Source: an uncultured Acidimicrobiia bacterium (GTDB lineage: Bacteria; Actinomycetota; Acidimicrobiia; Spongiisociales; UBA11373). Taken from it: 64,000 nt of DNA. Numbering within the stretch: the stretch's first letter is position 1; every line of letters begins with the position of its first letter. Shown in pieces: positions 36,247 through 44,192 of the stretch. A program made the position numbers and the translations under genes. The notes beneath the pieces are model-generated. The model did not search any database and was not told the origin of the DNA. It was given only the letters and a program-made list of their open reading frames with translations. The stretch is from assembly GCA_964614095.1 (NCBI GenBank), contig CAZTJO010000002.1:32043-96042 (forward strand), written 5' to 3'.

Positions 36247-39200
36247 ATGACTCGTTATGCCGAGCTGCATTGCCACACCAACTTCTCGTTTCGCGACGGG
36301 GCCTCGCACCCGCACGACCTGGTGCGGCGGGCTGCCGATCTCGGCTACGAGGCGCTGGCCGTCACCGACCACAACGGCTTCTACGGCGCCCCCAAATTCC
36401 GCACTGCGGCGCAAGAGGTGGGGCTGCCCACCGTGTATGGGGTCGAGGTGGCGCTGGACGCCCCCGAGGGCGAATCCCTCGAGCACCTCGTGCTGCTGGC
36501 ACCCGACCCGGCGGGCTACGCCGCCCTCTGCCGGCTGGTCACCCGGGCCCAATTCCGCGGCGGGAAGGAGCATCCCGTCTACGACGAGGGCGAGCTGGCC
36601 GAGGCCTCGTCCACCGGTCGCCTCGTCGCCCTCACCGGGTGCCGGCGGGGAGCGGTGCCGCAGGCCGCGCAGGACGGCGACCTCGATGCGGCGATGCGGG
36701 CCGCAGTCCGGCTGCGCGAGATTTTCCCCGGCCGTCTCTACGTGGAGCTGTGGCACCATGCCATGCCCGAGGACGATGCCCGCAACGACGTGCTCGCCGA
36801 GGTGGCCGCCCGGCTGGGCCTTCCCTTGGTGGCCACCAACAACGTGCACTATCACGACCGCTCCGAGGCCGATCTCGCCGAGGTGCTCGCCGCCATAGGG
36901 GGCCGGCGTTCCCTCGACGGCGGGCACGGGTTCTGGTCGGCGACGGACGAGCGCTACCTGAAGCCGCCCGGCCAGATGGCGCGCCGCTTTCTCCGCTATC
37001 CGGGTGCGGTGGAACGTGCCGCTGATCTGGGGGCCGCCCTCGCCTTCGACCTTTCCCTAGTGGCGCCGCGCCTCCCCGACTTCCCCATGCCCGGGGCCTT
37101 CCTCAATGAGATGGAGTACCTGCGCCACCTGACCTTTCAGGGTGCCGTCGAGGTGTACCCGGGCGACGGGCCCGGCGGCATCGATCCGCGGGCGATCACC
37201 CGCCTCGATCACGAGCTGGGGGTCATCGGAGAACTCGGCTTCCCCGGCTACTTCCTCGTGGTGTGGGACATCGTGCAGTTCGCCCGCCGCCGGGACATCT
37301 ACTGTCAGATCAGGGGCTCGGGCGGCGATTCTGTGGTGTGTCGCTGCCTCGGGCTCACCCGGGTCGATCCTCTGCGCCTTGCTCTGCCCTTCGAGCGTTT
37401 TCTCTCCGCCGAGCGAGGCCGCCCTCCCGACATCGACGTCGACTTCGAGGCAGAGCGGCGTGAGGAGGTCATCCAGTACTGCTACGAGCGCTACGGGCGG
37501 GAGCGGGCGGCGATGGTGGCCAACGTGATCACGTACCGGGCCCGCTCCGTTTTGCAGGACGTGGGCAAGGCCTTTGGGCTCACCCAGGCCCAGGTGAACG
37601 GCCTCACCAAGTACCTCGACAGCCGCAGGACAGAGGCGATTCCCGAGTTTGTCGACCTGCCGGAAGGGCTCAGCGGCGAGCTCATCCTCGACGCCTGCCG
37701 CCGCCTCGACGGTTTTCCCCGCCACCTCGGCATCCACTCGGGAGGCATGGTCATCGCCGACCGGCCCCTCTGGGAGGTGGTACCTCTGGAGTGGGGGCGC
37801 ATGGAGGACCGTTCGGTGTTGCAGTGGGACAAGGACGACTGCGCCTCCATGGGCATCGTCAAGTTCGATCTCCTGGGTCTGGGCATGCTCAACGCTCTCC
37901 ACCTCACCGTCGACCTCATCGCCGACGTGCACGGCGTCGACGTCGATCTGGCTTCGCTGCCACAGGAGCCGGTGGTCTACGAGATGCTGACCAAGGCCGA
38001 CACGGTCGGTGTTTTCCAGGTGGAGTCGCGGGCCCAGATGGCAACGCTGCCGCGTGTGAAGCCGAAGACTTTCTACGACCTCGCCATCGAGGTAGCCCTC
38101 ATCCGTCCCGGCCCCATCCAGGGGCACTCGGTGCATCCGTTCTTGCGCCGGCGCAACGGCGAGGAGCCGGTGAGTTACCCCCATCCCACTGCCGAGCCCA
38201 TCCTGTACAAGACGCTGGGCATTCCCGTTTTCCAGGAGCAGCTGATGGAGCTGGCCCGGGTGTGCGCCGGCTACAGCGCCGGGCAGTCCGATCGTCTGCG
38301 CCAGGCGATGACCCACAAACGCTCCGAGGAGGAGATGGCCAAGCTCCGGGCAGAGACTTACGTCGGCATGGCCGGCAACGGGATCACCGGCTCCGCCGCC
38401 GACGAGATCTGGGAGAAGCTCCAAGGGTTCGCCTCGTTTGGCTTTCCCGAGAGCCATTCGGTGTCGTTCGCTTACATCGTGTACATGTCGGCGTGGCTCA
38501 AGTATCACTGGCCCGCTGAACTGCTCGCCGGCCTCCTCAACGCCCAGCCCATGGGTTTTTACAGCCCGAATTCACTCGTTCAGGACGCCCGCCGGCACGG
38601 GGTTATCGTGCTGCCTCCCGACGTGAACGAGTCTTCGTGCGACTGCACGGTGGTGCCGCATCCCGCCGATCCCGAGGACACGGCCACTTACTACGGGATG
38701 ACGTGGCGGCGGGGCAGAGGGGCGCACGACGACCCCATTCGACTGGCGACGGCGGTGCGTATGGGGCTGCGCTACGTGCGCAACTTGGGCGAGGCCGAGA
38801 TTGCCCGCATCGAGGCCGCCCGGTTCCTCGGGGGGCCCTTCGCCGACATGGTCGATCTGGCGCAACGCACCGGGCTGGCGGTGAAGGGGCTTGAGGGCCT
38901 GGCCGCCTCCGGTGCCCTTTCCTCGCTGGGTGTGGAACGCCGCCGGGGCCTGTGGGCGGCCGGGGCACTGGCCGGTATGGGTCCGGGGCGGCTTGCCCTG
39001 GCCGAGGGGGTCGATGCTCCGGCGCTGGAACCGATGACCGAGGTCGAGTCGACCCAGGCCGACCTGTGGTCGACGGGGGTCTCGGTTTTTCATCCCGTCG
39101 AGTTCCTTCGCGAGTGGCTTGAGGGTCGGGGGTGTTTGTCCATCGCTTCCGCCCTCGCCGGCGGCAACGGAAAGCGGGCGGCGGTTGGAGGTGTCATCAC

Positions 39201-39465
39201 CCACCGTCAGCGCCCGATGACGGCCAAGGGGGTGATCTTCCTCAATCTCGAGGACGAGACCGGCATCCTCAATGTGATCGTGCTCCCTGAGGTGTGGCAG
39301 GCATATCGCGAGATCGCCCGGCGCGCCGTCGGGATTGTGATCGAAGGGGTGCTCGAATACCGGGACGGGGTCACCAACCTCGTTGCCTTCCGTTTCCATC
39401 CCTGGCCGCATGAGGTGAAGGGCATCCACTGCCGCAACTGGGCGTACTGGGGGCGCAGGAGCTGA
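36247..39465 (+). CDS. dnaE2: Error-prone DNA polymerase DnaE2 (ImuC)
   Basis: PHP domain start (YAELHCHTNFSFRDGASHPHDL), the polymerase III alpha core, and ~1072-aa length typical of DnaE2. A LexA box lies immediately upstream. Confidence 0.9.
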   Translation: MTRYAELHCHTNFSFRDGASHPHDLVRRAADLGYEALAVTDHNGFYGAPKFRTAAQEVGLPTVYGVEVALDAPEGESLEHLVLLAPDPAGYAALCRLVTRAQFRGGKEHPVYDEGELAEASSTGRLVALTGCRRGAVPQAAQDGDLDAAMRAAVRLREIFPGRLYVELWHHAMPEDDARNDVLAEVAARLGLPLVATNNVHYHDRSEADLAEVLAAIGGRRSLDGGHGFWSATDERYLKPPGQMARRFLRYPGAVERAADLGAALAFDLSLVAPRLPDFPMPGAFLNEMEYLRHLTFQGAVEVYPGDGPGGIDPRAITRLDHELGVIGELGFPGYFLVVWDIVQFARRRDIYCQIRGSGGDSVVCRCLGLTRVDPLRLALPFERFLSAERGRPPDIDVDFEAERREEVIQYCYERYGRERAAMVANVITYRARSVLQDVGKAFGLTQAQVNGLTKYLDSRRTEAIPEFVDLPEGLSGELILDACRRLDGFPRHLGIHSGGMVIADRPLWEVVPLEWGRMEDRSVLQWDKDDCASMGIVKFDLLGLGMLNALHLTVDLIADVHGVDVDLASLPQEPVVYEMLTKADTVGVFQVESRAQMATLPRVKPKTFYDLAIEVALIRPGPIQGHSVHPFLRRRNGEEPVSYPHPTAEPILYKTLGIPVFQEQLMELARVCAGYSAGQSDRLRQAMTHKRSEEEMAKLRAETYVGMAGNGITGSAADEIWEKLQGFASFGFPESHSVSFAYIVYMSAWLKYHWPAELLAGLLNAQPMGFYSPNSLVQDARRHGVIVLPPDVNESSCDCTVVPHPADPEDTATYYGMTWRRGRGAHDDPIRLATAVRMGLRYVRNLGEAEIARIEAARFLGGPFADMVDLAQRTGLAVKGLEGLAASGALSSLGVERRRGLWAAGALAGMGPGRLALAEGVDAPALEPMTEVESTQADLWSTGVSVFHPVEFLREWLEGRGCLSIASALAGGNGKRAAVGGVITHRQRPMTAKGVIFLNLEDETGILNVIVLPEVWQAYREIARRAVGIVIEGVLEYRDGVTNLVAFRFHPWPHEVKGIHCRNWAYWGRRS

Positions 39466-39471
39466 GGGGCC

Positions 39472-41022
39472 TCAATCGTCGAAACGAATGTCGCCCGAAG
39501 AGATGCTGATCAGGGTGTCGTTGCCGTCGTGTCCCCAGAGGACGTTGTTGCCGCTGCCGCCTTCGAGAGTGTCGTCGCCACCTCCGCCGTAGAGGAGATC
39601 GTTGCCGGCGTCGCCGTAGAGCAGATCGCCGTCGGTGCCGCCCTCGAGGATGTCGGCGCCGTCCCCGCCCCATACCGTGTCGAAGCCGGTGTCACCGTGG
39701 AGAACGTCGTCGCCCCTGCCGCCTTCGAGGGTGTCGCCTCCCGTGCCCCCGGCAATGTGGTCGTTGCCGTCACCCCCACAGACGACGTCGTCACCGCCGT
39801 GGCCCCAGATGGTGTCGCCCCCGGCGCGCCCGACGATCACGTCGTTGCCCGCTGTGCCGACGAGGAGGTCGGAACTGTAGGTGCCGGCGATGGTGGCGAT
39901 GCGGCCTCGGCACAGCAGTGCGGGCCAATCCGCTGGTGTAGTGACGGCGTTCTCGAACTGGGTCAAGTGGCCCAGACTACGTTCTCGCGAGGCCTGCAGC
40001 TCTGCCTGCCAGGCGCCGGCGCCGTGGGCGAGTGTGTAGTCGATGGGCAGCACAGTCTTGTTCACCGGTTCCACCCAGATGGGGGTGAACTGCACCTCGC
40101 TGACCGCGAACGTGCCATCGGGCTGCTCGGTGACGGTGAGGTGCACAATAACCCCGTCACCTCCGCCGGTGGGTTTGCGGATGTCGGTGAGGAAGTCGCC
40201 CATGCCGTAGACGACCAGCTTGCCGTTGATCCAGTCGATGGGTTGCACAGCGTGGGTGTGGTGGCCGACCAGCACGTCGATGTTGGGGGAGGCGAGAAGC
40301 GTTTCGGCCAGGCGATATTGGTCGTCGGTCGGTTCCACCTGATAACCCTCGCCCCAGTGCAGGCTGACGATGACAAAGGCGGCGCCCTGGTCCCGGGCCC
40401 AGGCGGCATCGGCGAGGATCGCCTCGGCATCGATCACGTTCACCGTCCACTCCGGCTCCTGCATCAGCGGAGGATTTACCTGGATCGAGTAGGCGATGTG
40501 GGCCACGGCGACGCCGTTGAGCACGTGCAGGTTGGGTAAACGCTCTTCCGGTGTGCGGGCGGTACCGGCGTGGTCGACCCCTACACGGTCCAGGACCTCG
40601 ATGGTCTCTTGGAGACCTTCCCAGTCCTCGTCCCAGGAGTGGTTGTTGGCGGTCGAGCAGGTGTCGAAGCCGGCGGCGGCGACGGCATCCGTTATGTCTC
40701 CCGGGCCGTTGAACAGGGGGAAGATCACGCCGGGGGCCTCGTAGACCAGACCGGTGTTGTCCGCCGACAGTGGGCCCTCGATGTGGCAGATGGCGAGGTC
40801 GGCCTCGCTTATCCACGGCTCGATGGCCTCGATCATCGGGGTGAAGTCGTAGCCCGCGCCGCCTGCGTTGCGGGCGGCGATATCGGCCATGCTCCGCATG
40901 ACAAGAATGTCGCCGGCGGCGGCGATGGTGAAAGAACGCGGCTCCGTTTCTGCCGCGGCTCTCGGCGCCACGCCGGCGGCCAGAGTCAACGCGGCGACGG
41001 CAACAAGCGGGCCTCTTCTCAT
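39472..41022 (-). CDS. Secreted CapA-family (PGA_cap metallophosphatase-like) protein fused to C-terminal RTX/hemolysin-type Ca-binding repeats (paralog 1)
   Basis: Sec signal (MRRGPLVAVAALTLAAGVAPRAAA). CapA/metallophosphatase motifs (GDIL..., ADLAICHIEG, NNHSWD, GHHTHAVQPIDW, VVYGMGDF). The C-terminal LLCRG...ATIAGT...DLLVGT...DVIVG block is followed by GGxGxDxhxG nonapeptide repeats. Confidence 0.75.
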   Translation of the reverse strand: MRRGPLVAVAALTLAAGVAPRAAAETEPRSFTIAAAGDILVMRSMADIAARNAGGAGYDFTPMIEAIEPWISEADLAICHIEGPLSADNTGLVYEAPGVIFPLFNGPGDITDAVAAAGFDTCSTANNHSWDEDWEGLQETIEVLDRVGVDHAGTARTPEERLPNLHVLNGVAVAHIAYSIQVNPPLMQEPEWTVNVIDAEAILADAAWARDQGAAFVIVSLHWGEGYQVEPTDDQYRLAETLLASPNIDVLVGHHTHAVQPIDWINGKLVVYGMGDFLTDIRKPTGGGDGVIVHLTVTEQPDGTFAVSEVQFTPIWVEPVNKTVLPIDYTLAHGAGAWQAELQASRERSLGHLTQFENAVTTPADWPALLCRGRIATIAGTYSSDLLVGTAGNDVIVGRAGGDTIWGHGGDDVVCGGDGNDHIAGGTGGDTLEGGRGDDVLHGDTGFDTVWGGDGADILEGGTDGDLLYGDAGNDLLYGGGGDDTLEGGSGNNVLWGHDGNDTLISISSGDIRFDD

Positions 41023-41034
41023 GACGGGTTCACG

Positions 41035-42552
41035 CTAGGGACGGTGGCCGAGCCGTGGCAACAGCGGGGTGCAGGAGACGGGGTCGGCGCCGTCGTGACA
41101 GGAGTCGTCGCCGCCGCCCGGGCGCAGGATGTCATCGGGCAGGACAGCCCACAGCGTGTCGTCACCGGCCCCTCCTTCGAGGGTGTCGTCACCGGCATCA
41201 CCCCACAGGGTGTCGTCGCCGGTGTCGCCAAGCAGGGAATCATCTCCCCGGTCTCCGTAGATGTTGTCGTTGCCGGTCCCGCCGGCGACATGATCGTTAC
41301 CGTCACCGCCGCAGATGAGGTCGATTCCGCTGTGCCCCCAGATGGTGTCGCCCCCGCCGAGCCCGACGATCACATCGTCGTAGGGAGTGCCCACGAGTAG
41401 ATCCGCGCTGTGGGTGCCGATGATGGTGGCCATCTGACCGCGGCACAGCAGCGGGGGCCAATCGGCCGGGGTGGGCTCGGCGTCGGTGAGCAGGGTGAGG
41501 CCGCTCATGGTTCGTTCCCAGGCCGTCTCGAGATCCGAATGCAGCCACTCGGAGCCGTAGGCGAGTGTGTAGGAGATCGGCAGCACCGTCTTCTGCCAGG
41601 TCTCTACCCAGGTGGGGGTGAACTGGACTTCGCTGGTGGCAAAACTTCCGTCGGGCTGCTCGGTGACGGTGAGGTGCACGATGACGCCGAACCCTCCGCC
41701 CGAGGGCCCGCGGATGTTGGAGATGAAGTCACCCATGCCGTAGACGACGAGCTTGCCGTGGATCCAGTCGATGGGCTGCACCAAATGAGTGTGATGGCCC
41801 AGCAGCACGTCAATATCGGGAGAGGCCAGCAGCGTTTCGGCCAGCGACTGCTGAGCGGGGCTTGGCTCCACCTGGTACTGGTCACCCCAATGCAGGCTGA
41901 CCACAACAAACTCGGCGCCCTGGTCTCGGGCCCAGGCGGCGTCGGCGAGGATGGCGTCGGGATCGATGACGTTGACCGACCACGACGGCCGCTGCTGGAG
42001 CCCGGCGTTCATGGAGATGGAATAGGCGATGTGGGCCACGGTGACACCGTTGAGCTCGTGGAGATTGGGGCGCGTCTCCTCCAGGTTGCGGGCGGTGCCG
42101 GCATGGGCCACCCCGGCACGATCCAGCATCACCAGCGTGTCCTCCAGGCCGCGCCAACCGTTGTCCCAGGAGTGGTTGCTGGCGGTGGAACAGGTGTCGA
42201 AGCCGGCGACGGCGATGGCTTCGGCCATCTCGCCGGGGCCGTAGAAGAATGCCGGGTGGTCGTAGCCGATCTGGTAGGAGAGGCCGACGTTGTCCACCGA
42301 CAGCGTGCCCTCGACGTGGCAGATGGCGAGGTCGGCGTCGCCGATCCACGGCTCTATCTGCTCGAACATGGGAGTGAAGTCATATCCGCTGCCGCCGGCG
42401 TTATAGCGGGCCGCGACGGCGACGGCCTCGTGGATGAGGATGTCGCCGGCGGCAGCGATGGTGAACGACCGTGGCTCCGTTCGCGCCGAGGCGCCGGGCG
42501 CAGCAGCGGTGGCGAGGACGAGGGCGGCCAGAGTGGCCTGAGTCCTTCTCAT
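41035..42552 (-). CDS. Secreted CapA-family protein with C-terminal RTX repeats (paralog 2)
   Basis: Same architecture and about 70% aa identity by eye to paralog 1. Start at ATG 42552 (MRRTQATLAALVLATAAAPGASA), analogous to paralog 1. Confidence 0.75.
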   Translation of the reverse strand: MRRTQATLAALVLATAAAPGASARTEPRSFTIAAAGDILIHEAVAVAARYNAGGSGYDFTPMFEQIEPWIGDADLAICHVEGTLSVDNVGLSYQIGYDHPAFFYGPGEMAEAIAVAGFDTCSTASNHSWDNGWRGLEDTLVMLDRAGVAHAGTARNLEETRPNLHELNGVTVAHIAYSISMNAGLQQRPSWSVNVIDPDAILADAAWARDQGAEFVVVSLHWGDQYQVEPSPAQQSLAETLLASPDIDVLLGHHTHLVQPIDWIHGKLVVYGMGDFISNIRGPSGGGFGVIVHLTVTEQPDGSFATSEVQFTPTWVETWQKTVLPISYTLAYGSEWLHSDLETAWERTMSGLTLLTDAEPTPADWPPLLCRGQMATIIGTHSADLLVGTPYDDVIVGLGGGDTIWGHSGIDLICGGDGNDHVAGGTGNDNIYGDRGDDSLLGDTGDDTLWGDAGDDTLEGGAGDDTLWAVLPDDILRPGGGDDSCHDGADPVSCTPLLPRLGHRP

Positions 42553-42594
42553 GACCGGCTCACGGTGGGGGGGCTCGCCGGGTCTGGGCAAGGC

Positions 42595-44082
42595 TCAATG
42601 GACGCAGGGCACGTCTTCGTGGTCGTCAAAGCAAGTGTTGTTGCCACCGCCGCCGACCAGTAGGTCGCTGCCGCCGCCGTGCAGGAGATCATCGTCGGAG
42701 CCGCCCTCCAAGCTGTCGGCGCCATCGTCTCCCCATAGGACATCGGCACCGGTGTCGCCGTGGAGGAAGTCGTCGCCGTCGCCTCCACTGAGGGTATCGC
42801 TGCCGGTGCCCCCGGCAACGTAGTCGTTGCCGCCGCCGCCGCAGATGAGATCATCGCCGCTATGGCCCCAGATGGTGTCGCCTCCGCCGCGCCCGACGAT
42901 CACGTCGTCACCGCTGGTGCCTATCAGCAGGTCGGGCCTTTCAGTGCCGACTATGGTGGCGGCCCGGCCCTGGCACATCACGGGGGGCCATTCCGCCGGG
43001 GTGGGCTCGGCGTCGGTGAGCATGGTGAAGCGGCTCACCGTGTGCTGCCAGGATGCCTCTAGATACGAGTGCAGCTCCTCGGGCCCGTAGGCGAGGCTGA
43101 AGGCCACAGGCAGTATGTCGTAGCCGTGCCAATTGACCCAGGTGGGGGTGAACTGGACATCGCTGGTGGCGAAGCTCCCGTCGGGCTGCTCGGTGACGGT
43201 GAGGTGCACCACCACCCCATCCTCTGTGGCGTAATAGTCGGGGCCGTACACCGGGTTCTGGTTCGAGAGATGATTGCCCATGCCGTAGACGACCAGCTTG
43301 TTGCCTATCCAGTCGATGGGCTGTATCACGTGGGCGTGATGCCCGAGAATGAGGTCGACGTCGGTCGAGGTGAGCAGGATCTCGGCGAGTGCCTGCTGCT
43401 GGGGGGTCGGGGGCGGGTTCCTCTCGGCCCCCCAGTGCAGGCTGACGATGACGAACTCAGCGCCCTGGGCTCGGGCCCAGGCGGCATCGGCGAGGATGGC
43501 GTCGGCGTCGATCACGTTGACCACACACTCGCCGAGTCGTGAGGAGCCGTTGACCCCATATGTGTAGGAGATGTGCCCCACGATGACTCCGTTGACCTCG
43601 TATTTGTTGGGCAGCCGCTCGTCTTCGCTGCAGCCGGTTCCGGTGTGAGGCATGCCCCGGGAGTCGAATACCTCGATGGCCTCCCGGATTCCACGTTCGC
43701 CGCCGTCGGTGGCGTGGTTGCTGGCGAGCGAGCAGTCGTCGTAGCCGGCGGCAGCGATGGCGTCGACTATCTCATAGGGGGCGACGTAGACATAGGGCTC
43801 GAAAGAGAGGTGGGTGTCGTCGACTGAGAGAGCGCTTTCCAGATGACAAATAGCCAGATCAGCCTCACTGATCCACGGCTCTATCGGGGTCAGCATCGGG
43901 GTGAAGTCGTAGCCGTCGCCGCCGGCGTATTGGTGGGCAAAATCGGCTACCCGGCCGTGGATGAGGATGTCCCCGGCGGCGGCGACGGTGAAGGAACGCG
44001 GGGGCTCGGCGGCGCCGGCTGCAGGGGCCGATAGCACGGCACAGACTGCGATCAGGGCCAGCGAGCTAGGCAATCGGGACAT
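42595..44082 (-). CDS. Secreted CapA-family protein with C-terminal RTX repeats (paralog 3)
   Basis: Signal peptide MSRLPSSLALIAVCAVLSAPAAGAA. CapA motifs conserved (GHHAHVIQPIDW). C-terminal Cys-containing junction plus GGxGxD repeats. Confidence 0.75.
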   Translation of the reverse strand: MSRLPSSLALIAVCAVLSAPAAGAAEPPRSFTVAAAGDILIHGRVADFAHQYAGGDGYDFTPMLTPIEPWISEADLAICHLESALSVDDTHLSFEPYVYVAPYEIVDAIAAAGYDDCSLASNHATDGGERGIREAIEVFDSRGMPHTGTGCSEDERLPNKYEVNGVIVGHISYTYGVNGSSRLGECVVNVIDADAILADAAWARAQGAEFVIVSLHWGAERNPPPTPQQQALAEILLTSTDVDLILGHHAHVIQPIDWIGNKLVVYGMGNHLSNQNPVYGPDYYATEDGVVVHLTVTEQPDGSFATSDVQFTPTWVNWHGYDILPVAFSLAYGPEELHSYLEASWQHTVSRFTMLTDAEPTPAEWPPVMCQGRAATIVGTERPDLLIGTSGDDVIVGRGGGDTIWGHSGDDLICGGGGNDYVAGGTGSDTLSGGDGDDFLHGDTGADVLWGDDGADSLEGGSDDDLLHGGGSDLLVGGGGNNTCFDDHEDVPCVH

Positions 44083-44192
44083 ATGCTGTGGCCAACGCTA
44101 CCCGCTGGCAATTCGGCCGCAAGTGGTGTTGACTTGCCCACGTAGGGTGGTTGTGCTCTATTCTTGGTCCTTCGCGACCCGATAGAGGAGAG

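Noticed and set aside
36210-37025. 271-aa plus-strand ORF overlapping the start of dnaE2 in another frame
   Set aside because: Arg/Pro/Gly-rich nonsense. The dnaE2 frame shows a PHP domain from its first residues.
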